Shown here: positions 10,027 to 18,541 of the stretch, in pieces
Layout: every line of letters starts with the position of its first letter
Position numbering within the stretch: the first letter of the stretch is position 1
Virus record (IMG/VR): IMGVR_UViG_3300020180_000016
Span: 17,758 to 81,757 of that record
Length of the DNA: 64,000 bases
Origin: a virus
Direction: 5' to 3' (one strand)
The notes under the pieces: model-generated
Told to the model about the DNA's origin: nothing
Seen by the model: the letters and a program-made list of their open reading frames with translations, nothing else
Database searches by the model: none
Position numbers and translations under genes: made by a program

Positions 10027-10209
10027 GTGGGTTCGTATAGTTTCACAGCCGTTGTAGTAGGTTTGCCGGCTAAATGCCGGCATTTCCATAGAGATTAATC
10101 TGCGAAAACGGTAAGAATGTGGTCGAATAGTACCAAAACACCAAAAGCGCCCTAGGACCAAATGTGCTTTTGGTGGTGAATTTAGGCTTTTACCAGAATG
10201 AGGCCAAGC

Positions 10210-10653
10210 ATGATTAATAAGCCATTTGAATTGCGAGTCGAAGCGAACGGCAATGGAGACTACGGACTCGCCCTGTTCCGCGTCCCGGCCCGAGGGGAAA
10301 CCGCCAACGGGGAACACTCGGAATTGCAACTGGTAATCCGCGTTCATGGGACTCCCATGCGGGCGGTGATGGACCAGGTTCTCGGAACCATCAAGCAGGC
10401 CGGTTATCGGTCGTCTGATCTTGCCCGCAACCGAAAGGCTCCGTTTCAGCTCCCCGAAGAACCAGGCGTTCGACTGGGCCTTTTGCTCATGGCGGTCAAG
10501 CCGTTGCGTAAATCGTCGCGGATGACAGACATCTCTGAGCAGGTTCAGTCGATGGCCGACGAGGAAGCGTACTATTGGTTCAGCAAGATGACAGATCACC
10601 GCGTCGGGCAGCGGTCGCAGAAAGCCATGCGGATTCTGCTGGCCTGCGAATAA
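10210..10653 (+). CDS. Small protein of the type found in DUF499/DUF1156 restriction-like defence operons
   Basis: GVRLGLLLMAVKP..EEAYYWFSK motif; lies upstream of a DUF1156 fragment; GC-rich. Confidence 0.5.
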   Translation: MINKPFELRVEANGNGDYGLALFRVPARGETANGEHSELQLVIRVHGTPMRAVMDQVLGTIKQAGYRSSDLARNRKAPFQLPEEPGVRLGLLLMAVKPLRKSSRMTDISEQVQSMADEEAYYWFSKMTDHRVGQRSQKAMRILLACE

Positions 10654-10675
10654 GGCCAGCGAAAGGAGAATCCCG

Positions 10676-10750
10676 ATGGCCGAAGGCAGTCGGGTCCGAG
10701 ACCCCGTTCACAACTTCATCGATCTGACCGAGAAAGAAGGAGGAACATGA
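10676..10750 (+). pseudogene. HD-superfamily phosphohydrolase (COG1078/YwfO-like) reduced to a 24-codon stub
   Basis: AAGGAG RBS, MAEGSRVRDPVHNFIDLTEKE then GGT-stop, overlapping the next ATG (ATGA). Confidence 0.65.
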
Positions 10751-11283
10751 TGGATGCCCGCGATTTCGTGGCGATGACGCTCCTGGCGTCCGGTGGCCAT
10801 GTGCAAGGCAAAACGAAGCTTCAGAAGCTCGTGTATTTTGTGGGCGTCCTGACGGACTCTCTCGAGGAGTTGGGCTACCGCCCGCATTTCTACGGGCCGT
10901 ACTCGGATGACGTGGCGTATGCAATTACGCAACTCAAGGCGATTGGTGCGCTCGACCAAGTGGTCTCGGAATGGGGCTACCACTTTACGCTGAACGACCC
11001 CGGCAAGGCATACGCCGCCGGCGTTTCGCAGCGTTGTTCAGACCTCTGGCGGCGAGTGCAGAAGGCTGTCCAAGCATACAACGAAGCGGGCGACAAGGAC
11101 TACATGGCATTGTCGATTGCTGCGAAGACCTACTTCCTGTTGGGCCATAAGAAGGCTCCGGCAACCGATGAGGAACTGACGCAACTGGCATCGCAATTCG
11201 GTTGGACCGTCTCGGTCGACCAGGTACGGCAAGCTGCGGAATATCTGTCCCGGCTTCACCTGATCGAGCCCTCAACAAACTGA
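10747..11283 (+). CDS. YwgA/SocA(Panacea)-like putative antitoxin
   Basis: GKTKLQKLVYF and HFYGPYS motifs. Confidence 0.7.
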   Translation: MMDARDFVAMTLLASGGHVQGKTKLQKLVYFVGVLTDSLEELGYRPHFYGPYSDDVAYAITQLKAIGALDQVVSEWGYHFTLNDPGKAYAAGVSQRCSDLWRRVQKAVQAYNEAGDKDYMALSIAAKTYFLLGHKKAPATDEELTQLASQFGWTVSVDQVRQAAEYLSRLHLIEPSTN

Positions 11284-11308
11284 TCTCTGTCGAAAGCGAT
11301 GCCTTCTT

Positions 11309-11731
11309 ATGTCCCGTCCCCGTGTACTCATCGAACAGTGGCTCCCCATTGACCAGATCGGGGCCGAGTGCATGCGCGAGCGGGGGGCGTCTTCGGCGTT
11401 GCCCCCGCTGTATTTTCTGCACGTCTGGTGGGCGCGGCGGCCGCTCACGGTCAGTCGCGCGGCGATTCTGGCCAGTCTGCTGCCGGCTTATCCGACTGGC
11501 GACGACGACAGCGTCCGGGCCTGGCCGCAGAAGTTTCTCAAGCGGTTTCCGACGTTCGACGCCTACAAGCAGTGGTTTCTGAAGCTGATCGGCATTCAGG
11601 GGAACCCGGCCACCAGCCGAAAAATTATCGACTGGGCCAAGACCCAGGGGCTCAAGCTGACGCCGGCGTCGCACTGGCGCTCGTGCCGGAGATCAAGGTG
11701 GTGCCCATCAGCGGGGCCGCTAAATGGCTGA
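11309..11731 (+). pseudogene. DUF1156 adenine methyltransferase, N-terminal fragment
   Basis: LIEQWLP..RER..LHVWWARRPL..SRAAILASLLP; similarity ends near 11655, no MTase motifs. Confidence 0.8.
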
Positions 11732-11847
11732 CACCCGAAAAGGCGATGATTGGACTGAATCTGCGAGGGAAGAGCAACGACCGCTTCTGGTTCACGTTCT
11801 TCCACGAGGCGGGACACATTCTCAACGACCGCAAGAAAGAGACGTTC
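11656..11847 (+). pseudogene. HigA-ImmA/IrrE metallopeptidase fragment
   Basis: GVALALVPE..SGAAKWL..LNLRGKSNDRFWFTFFHEAGH (HExxH). Confidence 0.75.
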
Positions 11848-11862
11848 ACGGAGTCGACAAAA

Positions 11863-12669
11863 ATGAATGATTTGCAGCAGGACTCTGATGCGAAGAACGA
11901 TAGTCCGCTGATGATTGCGGCAAAGTTCGGCCGGCTGTTCGTGGGGGTCAACGTCATGTTGATTCCTGATCGGGACCGTGCCGGTGAAGATGTCGCACAG
12001 CATTCCGGGCGCGTCCTGCGCGGGATTGCGAAGTCGATCCGCATCGCAGTGCTGCCCGGTGAATTCAAAGAGAGTAACGGCGAGGACGTTCGAGACGTTC
12101 TCCGGCGGCCGGACGGGCAGCAGCAGGTCGAGCAAGCCATCGCTGACGCCCAACCAACCGAGCCGATCGAGAATGACGCGGCTGAGAAGGAGACGGTGCC
12201 ACACACCCCGGTCGGCGATGTCTCAGAATCCGTAACCGCCAAAGAGATTGAGAAGCCTGTTCGGCCGGATATCCAGAAGCTCCGGATTGCGGAATTGGAA
12301 GGTCGGCGGGATGCCTTGCAGCAGCATCTTAAGAATGCACAGAACGCTGTCGACGAGGCGAAGAAGGAAGATGCGGACAGATGCTGGGGTTTGGGCAAAC
12401 CGCCAACCCCAGCATCTCTTGAGACGGTGCAGCATGGCGGCAGGCATTACAAAGGTATGGCAATCCAACCGGCCGAGTATTGCCATAAGAACGGATTCAA
12501 ATTTTGTGAGTCGGAGGCGATCAAATATCTGTCACGGTTTCGTAGTAAGAAGGGCGAGGAAGACGTCCGCAAGGCGATTCACTTCTGCCAGATGATTCTG
12601 GACATGGAGTACAGTGTCCAGTCGAATGTGATCTACCCGGAGACTAAATCATCGAAGAGCCCGACTTGA
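11863..12669 (+). CDS. Chimeric protein: TOPRIM fragment + linker + C-terminal DUF3310 domain
   Basis: GGAG RBS and ATG at 11863; PDRDRAG/GEDVRD TOPRIM motifs; QHGGRHYK..IQP..AIKYLSR..K.G.EDV.KA DUF3310 motif. Confidence 0.6.
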   Translation: MNDLQQDSDAKNDSPLMIAAKFGRLFVGVNVMLIPDRDRAGEDVAQHSGRVLRGIAKSIRIAVLPGEFKESNGEDVRDVLRRPDGQQQVEQAIADAQPTEPIENDAAEKETVPHTPVGDVSESVTAKEIEKPVRPDIQKLRIAELEGRRDALQQHLKNAQNAVDEAKKEDADRCWGLGKPPTPASLETVQHGGRHYKGMAIQPAEYCHKNGFKFCESEAIKYLSRFRSKKGEEDVRKAIHFCQMILDMEYSVQSNVIYPETKSSKSPT

Positions 12670-12929
12670 AACACCCAGCCGTTAATCTTTCTGGTTTGGA
12701 TGGTGCCGCGTCTTGGATTCGATTTCGAGCAATAAACGAAGACACGCTCGATGAGATTCTGCCTGCTGAATTCTTCGTTGAAGGTCTAACCTGCGAAGAC
12801 CAGAAGAACAATATCTGGAAAGTGACGTATCGACATGGCCAAGAAATTGCCGGCGGTTTTAACTCCAGCAGAGAAACTTGCCAAGGAGAAGTCGACGAGA
12901 TTTGGAAGCCTAATCCCTCACCATCGTAG
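12666..12929 (+). CDS. Hypothetical protein
   Basis: Overlaps the previous stop codon. Confidence 0.4.
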   Translation: MKHPAVNLSGLDGAASWIRFRAINEDTLDEILPAEFFVEGLTCEDQKNNIWKVTYRHGQEIAGGFNSSRETCQGEVDEIWKPNPSPS

Positions 12930-13204
12930 AAAGCTCAAGGATGAGATTTTTATTGGTCATTGTTGCCTTGTCCAGCTCTGGTTGCCTCTTTCTCCCTCAC
13001 AAGTCCGAATGGAAAGATTGCCGCAATGGCCCAGCTCCCATTATGTCGAGTTCTGGAGATAACCGACTACTGGGAGAACCGCATTCGCGTTGATTTCAAA
13101 TATAGGCATTTGGCGGTGACACCAGCACAGAAAGACTTTCGTCGTCGTATCTTTCATTTGTGTGTCCTCAAATGTCGGCAAGAACGAGCCTCAAGAGATA
13201 GAGC

Positions 13205-14161
13205 ATGAAAACCAAAACCATCAAAGCCGTTATTCTCAAGAAGATGAGTGACTGGTGGAAATCCATCGAGGACGAGAAGCTCCGTGAGAGAGTGCAGCAA
13301 GGCACCATCGTCACTGGCGGCTGCATCCCGTCCATGTTGCTGCGTGAGCAGGTCAACGACTATGATGTCTATCTCCGCAGCCAGGATCTTGTCAAGGACT
13401 TGGCTCGATACTATGTGAATCGGTTCCAGGTGAAGACGAAGAGTGGAATTGACTGTGCAATTTTCGTCCGAGAAGAGCCTGACGGCCGGATTAAGATCGT
13501 TGTCAAGAGTGCCGGCGTGGCCAGTGAGAAGAGAAGTGAGAAACAGTACGAGTATTTCGAGGGGGCTGAGGATTCCGCAGGCGGCGAATACGTCCGTGAG
13601 GTGATGCAGGATCCTGGGGCCATCCAAGATCGACATGATGAGACTGAGGCTGCTATTCTTGAAGGAGCTGACAAGGGGCCGGCCTATCGACCAGTCTTTC
13701 TGTCTACCAACGCAATCACTTTATCGTCCAAGGTTCAAATCGTGCTCCGGTTCTATGGCGAGCCTGATGAGATCCACAAGAACTACGATTTCGTTCACTG
13801 CACGAATTACTGGTCAAGTTGGGACAATCAGTTGGTGTTGAGGCAGCCAGCCCTGGAATCCATCTTGACGAAAGAGTTGAAATACGTCGGGTCGAAATAT
13901 CCGCTCTGTTCGCTCTTCCGTATCAGGAAGTTCGTTGGTCGGGGTTGGACGATCAATGCTGGGCAGATCCTCAAGATGGCGATGCAGGTGCATGACATCA
14001 ATCTCCACGATCCGATGGTTCTAGAAGATCAGCTTACCGGAGTCGACGTCGCCTACTTCGCCGATCTGATTCATCGGTTAAAAGAGAAAGACGAGAATGG
14101 TGAACCTCGTCGTACAATTGACACGGCGTATCTGGTAGAGATCATTGACAGGATGTTTTAA
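13205..14161 (+). CDS. Nucleotidyltransferase-fold protein
   Basis: VTGGCIPS..VNDYDVY (GG/DxD) and YDFVHC motifs. Confidence 0.65.
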   Translation: MKTKTIKAVILKKMSDWWKSIEDEKLRERVQQGTIVTGGCIPSMLLREQVNDYDVYLRSQDLVKDLARYYVNRFQVKTKSGIDCAIFVREEPDGRIKIVVKSAGVASEKRSEKQYEYFEGAEDSAGGEYVREVMQDPGAIQDRHDETEAAILEGADKGPAYRPVFLSTNAITLSSKVQIVLRFYGEPDEIHKNYDFVHCTNYWSSWDNQLVLRQPALESILTKELKYVGSKYPLCSLFRIRKFVGRGWTINAGQILKMAMQVHDINLHDPMVLEDQLTGVDVAYFADLIHRLKEKDENGEPRRTIDTAYLVEIIDRMF

Positions 14162-14558
14162 TATAACTCCAATGAGAACTGGATTCTTCCCACCCGACCA
14201 TAAACCAAAGATCATCGGGATTGTCGGATCTCGTCGCCGAAATTCAACGGCTGACGAGATTTTGCTTGAAGAGGCATTCTTCCAGGTCTATCAGCCCGGA
14301 GACCGGATTGTATCTGGTGGTTGCTCGCAGGGTGCTGACGCCTTTGCCGAGGTGCTGGCACGCCGTCACGGTATAACGATCATCATACACTACGCCCGGT
14401 GGGCAGACGGTAAGGCATCTGGCTTGGCACGCAATACAAGCATAGCTCGGGATGCTGACGTGCTCTTGGCCGTCGTAGCTTCTGATAGAACCGGTGGGAC
14501 TGAAGACACGATCGACAAGGCTCGACGATTCGGCAAGAAGATCATCACCATATTGTGA
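14145..14558 (+). CDS. SLOG-superfamily (DprA/YspA-like) protein
   Basis: IVGSR, VSGGCSQGAD, RN..I, GGTEDTI. Confidence 0.75.
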   Translation: MTGCFNITPMRTGFFPPDHKPKIIGIVGSRRRNSTADEILLEEAFFQVYQPGDRIVSGGCSQGADAFAEVLARRHGITIIIHYARWADGKASGLARNTSIARDADVLLAVVASDRTGGTEDTIDKARRFGKKIITIL

Positions 14559-14888
14559 GGCTGAGTGATGCCATGATACCTGAGCGACTCGCGGAAATGG
14601 ATGAGGTGGACAACTGTAAAGCCCGAGGTGACTGGATTACGGAAATCGCCATCCTCGAGCTTGTGGCAGAAGTGAAGCGGCTGCAAGATCTGATTAAGAA
14701 ATTTCAGGATCGACGAGTCGAAATCTAAATGTACCTTTTCACCGTCGAGTACCTAGTCGCTCAAGAGCGCCGGATGTCGGAAGTTGAGGTGACCGACACC
14801 AACGACGAGAAAGAAGCTCGATTGGTGGTGTTGAGGCATTACATCTCGCGAAAGATTCGAGTCGTTGCTATTCGTCGAGGAGGGTTTG

Positions 14889-16496
14889 ATGACGGGGCCT
14901 AGGAAAGCTACCAGGGTCGATCTTGTCAAAGAAGAAGGTCGGGTCAGGAAAGCCTACCAGAAGATGAGTGCGACCTCTTTCGAGGTATTTTATCGTGGTT
15001 TGACAATCGAGTCTGCCACAGGTCCGCGAGTCTTTGAAACCTGCTCTGCCGATTTCCAGAAAGAGTTCTTTGAGGACGTGGGGCCATCTTTACTCGCCGT
15101 TCAGTTAGGGATTCTACCTCCACGAAGACGGTTCTGGCTCGAGCGGACGAAGAAGTCCTCTAAGGATGCTGACTTAGCCATTATTATGATGTGGCTGATA
15201 GCATTTCCACAGAGGCCGCTCTATCTTCAGGTCGGTGCTGCCAATCGTGTGCAGGCGGCTATCGTCAAAGACCGAATGACCCATCTACTTCACTGGAATC
15301 CTTGGTTAACTGAACACGTCGAAATTGTTCAGTGGGAGGTCCGTAGTAAGAAGAAAAATCAAGCCGGATCCCATATGGCGCTTTTGCACATCATGAGCTC
15401 GGACATTTCTGGTGCTCATGGTGGTATCCCTGATGTTCTGATCGTCAACGAATTAAGCCACGTAGATAAATGGGAGTTTGTTGAGAATTTGATGGACAAT
15501 GCGGACGGCGTGGCTCAGGGAATCGTCATCATAGCCACCAATGCCGGGTTTGTCGGGACGAAGGCTGAGGTGTGGCGCCTGAATGCAATGAAATCACCGC
15601 AGTGGTGCTTTCATATGCTGGCTCGACCAGCTCCGTGGCACAGCAAAGAAACAGTCCTTGAGGCTGAGCAGAGAAATACATCCAGATCACGGTTCAGACG
15701 TCTGTGGCACGGCGAGTGGCAGACCGATAAAGGTGATGCTCTTAATCAGACTTTGATCGAGCGAGCTTTCACCCTCTCAGGGCCAGCCGGTAAGGCTGAT
15801 CCGACCTGGGATTATATCATGGGCTTGGATCTCGGCATTACCCATGACCATTGTGGGTTGGTGTGCATTGGCGTTAATCAGACACTCCGCAAAATCAGAT
15901 TAGCCTATATGGAAGGTTTTGCCCCAAACGGGGGCGAGGTGTTCCTTCCAGATGTGGAAAAGGCTTGTGACCGGATTGCTAAGATCTTTCGGCCGTTATG
16001 TCTGATCTATGATCCGCACCAAGCTATTCTTATGGCTCAGCAACTCCGAGGGAAAGGAATCCCGACCAGGCAGATGGTATTCAGTAGTCCAGGTAATCTG
16101 GGACGAATGGCGTCTAGTCTCGTACAATGTTTTGAGCACAACCTGATCGAGCTCTACGATGAAGATGATCGATTAAAGAGGGACTTGAATAAGTTCAGCA
16201 TCGTCGAAAAGCAATATGGTCTCAAGCTCGAGGCTACTCGAGATGAATACGGACATGCTGACGTCGGCACAGCCTTAGTGATAACTCTTCCGGCTGCTAT
16301 TGATCTCCTGGAAGGCTTATGGAATCCAGAGTTTGATGGCGATTTGATTGCTGTCGAGACTGAGGACTTGACCAAGGAAGAGATCGCAGAGCTACCCGAC
16401 CATTTCCGTGATTTGTTCGACATGGAAGATGGTGTGAAGAAAGAACGGCAGATCGAACAAGGTTGGGACGACAGCCCGTTTAAGGATTTGACATAA
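14889..16496 (+). CDS. Terminase large subunit
   Basis: GGAGG RBS; degenerate Walker A (RTKKSSKD), Walker B LIVNE, motif III ATN, RNase H-fold MGLDLG / YDP / HAD. Confidence 0.8.
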   Translation: MTGPRKATRVDLVKEEGRVRKAYQKMSATSFEVFYRGLTIESATGPRVFETCSADFQKEFFEDVGPSLLAVQLGILPPRRRFWLERTKKSSKDADLAIIMMWLIAFPQRPLYLQVGAANRVQAAIVKDRMTHLLHWNPWLTEHVEIVQWEVRSKKKNQAGSHMALLHIMSSDISGAHGGIPDVLIVNELSHVDKWEFVENLMDNADGVAQGIVIIATNAGFVGTKAEVWRLNAMKSPQWCFHMLARPAPWHSKETVLEAEQRNTSRSRFRRLWHGEWQTDKGDALNQTLIERAFTLSGPAGKADPTWDYIMGLDLGITHDHCGLVCIGVNQTLRKIRLAYMEGFAPNGGEVFLPDVEKACDRIAKIFRPLCLIYDPHQAILMAQQLRGKGIPTRQMVFSSPGNLGRMASSLVQCFEHNLIELYDEDDRLKRDLNKFSIVEKQYGLKLEATRDEYGHADVGTALVITLPAAIDLLEGLWNPEFDGDLIAVETEDLTKEEIAELPDHFRDLFDMEDGVKKERQIEQGWDDSPFKDLT

Positions 16497-16532
16497 TGAG
16501 GGCTACCACCGGGGAATCGAGCACCTCTAAAT

Positions 16533-16725
16533 TTGAGCACTCGGATGTGCTGATGGCGACCATCGAGCACTTGTGTGGTCAGTCCGTTGATGCCGAAAGG
16601 CGTTGAGCACGAAGTAATTCCGATCAGAAGCTACGCGGTCGGGAGACATTCGTCCGTTGATGCCGAAAGGCGTTGAGCACGAAGTAATTCCGATCAGAAG
16701 CTACGCGGTCGGGAGACATTCGTCC
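16533..16725 (+). CRISPR. Cas-less mini-array of type I-B/Myxan-like repeats (two 36-nt repeats, duplicated 34-nt spacer, partial terminal repeats)
   Basis: Repeats at 16575-16610 (GTGGTCAGTCCGTTGATGCCGAAAGGCGTTGAGCAC) and 16645-16680 share 29 identical 3' nt with a GCC-GAAA-GGC hairpin and TTGAGCAC handle; spacers 16611-16644 and 16681-16714 are identical; an extra TTGAGCAC ends at 16540, in the same 70-bp register. Confidence 0.8.
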
Positions 16726-16817
16726 TAGGCATTAAACTGAAGCTCTAACTCAAATCAATTTTAGGTGTTGCTAATCTCCCAACAAGGCCGCTACCATACA
16801 CCCACCGTTCTAGGTGG

Positions 16818-17279
16818 GTGCGTTCATTTAAACATAGCGGTTCCCCCTCTCCACCGCGTAGACCTGTGAGGGAGACTTCGTTGTTCGATGGGATCGAGGC
16901 CGTGCATCGGATCAGGCTCAACTATGACCTGGTTGGAGCTCTTGTATCTTTGATGTTCTTGGATATCGTTTCGGGTGTTCTTCTTGCGGTGTTGATGAAG
17001 AAGGTGAGCTCGCCAGTCTGTCGAAAGGGTATGTCGGTCAAGGCCGGTATCTTTCTTCTCATTTGTGTGGCGGCTATTATCGAGCCTTATGCAAATGGAT
17101 TGCCAGCCGTTCAAGTCTGTGCCATCTTCTATATCGGCTCTGAGTCGATATCCATTCTAGAGAAGTTGCAAAGAATTGGGGTTCCCATTCCTAAAGTCTT
17201 TGTCGAATCTCTCGTGGAAATGAAGGACAGAATGAACGTATTCACTAAGGGGAAGAAAGATGAAACTGCAGACGAGTAG
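16818..17279 (+). CDS. Phage holin (Phage_holin_4_1-like)
   Basis: Hydrophobic helices, D..SG, K, ESISILE.L..IGVPIP motif; true start probably internal. Confidence 0.8.
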   Translation: MRSFKHSGSPSPPRRPVRETSLFDGIEAVHRIRLNYDLVGALVSLMFLDIVSGVLLAVLMKKVSSPVCRKGMSVKAGIFLLICVAAIIEPYANGLPAVQVCAIFYIGSESISILEKLQRIGVPIPKVFVESLVEMKDRMNVFTKGKKDETADE

Positions 17280-17724
17280 CTCCTTGCAGGCCGGGTGTCT
17301 CATCTTCTGTGTCACGCTTATGATTGGGTTCGCTCAATTTGTGATCGCGGGTAATCTCCCTTTCTTGTGGTACCCTGCTCCGGATTGGGTTCAGAACCCG
17401 GCTTTTAAGATCAAGGCTACACCCAAGGTCAGAGTCTACGTCTACGGAGATTTCTCATCCGGTAAGTCACTCCTTTCGACACGGCTGCGAAAGGAGTGGA
17501 TTGATCTCACCCCGTCACAGACGACGGCTTTACCCTATGAATTTGTCTTTGAAGAGGATATCCCTACGTGGGCGAGGACTGTACCATTGCTGCACTGGCA
17601 AGACAAATCAGGTGAATGGCATCAATGGGACTGGGCTGCAAAACAGATCACCACCCCAACTCTCAGACAAAATTTCGATGAAGTGTACCAAGCCACAGAG
17701 CGGTACGTTGCAGTTGCTAAGTAA
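17260..17724 (+). CDS. Membrane-anchored hypothetical protein
   Basis: N-terminal TM helix; operon position. Confidence 0.55.
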   Translation: MKLQTSSSLQAGCLIFCVTLMIGFAQFVIAGNLPFLWYPAPDWVQNPAFKIKATPKVRVYVYGDFSSGKSLLSTRLRKEWIDLTPSQTTALPYEFVFEEDIPTWARTVPLLHWQDKSGEWHQWDWAAKQITTPTLRQNFDEVYQATERYVAVAK

Positions 17725-17742
17725 TTTGATAAGGAGAAGAAG

Positions 17743-18054
17743 ATGAGCGAAGATAAGCCGGATCGGATTTTTGGTTTGACGTTGGCGACGTGGCAAGGTT
17801 TCATCGCTTTGCTCATTCTGTCGTTCGGTCAGGTTATGGCGATTTTGAGCAACAATCAGAATGCCGCAATAACCCAAGCCAAGGTGGAACAGCAGATGGT
17901 TGTGGCTGAGCAGGCCCGGGCCGAGGCTGTGGTGGCTGCAAACAAGACGGCCGAGGTGGCTGAAGAAAAGATTGAGGGTCTGAAGACCAACCTCGCTGAG
18001 CAACATGCCGAGACGGTGGATGCTCTGCGAGCTGTCACTGAGATGATGAAGTAA
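17743..18054 (+). CDS. TM + coiled-coil protein
   Basis: Single TM helix followed by a coil; RBS. Confidence 0.55.
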   Translation: MSEDKPDRIFGLTLATWQGFIALLILSFGQVMAILSNNQNAAITQAKVEQQMVVAEQARAEAVVAANKTAEVAEEKIEGLKTNLAEQHAETVDALRAVTEMMK

Positions 18055-18084
18055 GGATAGAATGCGTAAAATCTTCGTAGTCCG

Positions 18085-18495
18085 ATGAAAGGGAAGAGCA
18101 TGGCCAAGACTAAGACACCGATTGGGTTCGCTGCAACGGAAATCAAGAATGACTTGATGAAGACTCCGGAGTTCTCCTTCTTCGATCCGTCAGCTCTGTT
18201 GTCGATTCTGATGACGTTGATTCCGATCATCTTCAAGGGCTGCCAGACGACGGAAGGCGATCTGAGTGCATCGGCCGTCAAGTCTCGGGTCATGCGACAT
18301 TGGCGAGCCAAGAAGAAGGACTGGACTTCTGGCATTGTGAAGCGGGTGCAGGAGCAGGCCTTGGAGACGGCAGAAGAAGAAGGTGCTCCGATTACGAGAG
18401 ATCAAGCCAAGGTGTTGGCGATTTCGTCGCTGAACCAGATTCGCACGAACCAAGAAGAGCGGATCGGTGACGTGGTGATGCAGAGCATTGACTAG
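18085..18495 (+). CDS. Hypothetical membrane protein
   Basis: Hydrophobic segment LLSILMTLIPII. Confidence 0.55.
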   Translation: MKGKSMAKTKTPIGFAATEIKNDLMKTPEFSFFDPSALLSILMTLIPIIFKGCQTTEGDLSASAVKSRVMRHWRAKKKDWTSGIVKRVQEQALETAEEEGAPITRDQAKVLAISSLNQIRTNQEERIGDVVMQSID

Positions 18496-18541
18496 GTTTC
18501 TTCCCACCCACCTACTCACAATTTCTTTTGCAGGATACAGA

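Noticed and set aside
11368-11655. N-terminal part of the 433-aa ORF
   Set aside because: Alternative frame of the DUF1156 fragment; unlikely to be a real start
14474-14486. 13-nt match (CGTAGCTTCTGAT) to the reverse complement of the CRISPR spacer, inside the SLOG gene
   Set aside because: Covers only spacer nt 13-25, outside the type I seed; close to chance level, so self-targeting is not claimed
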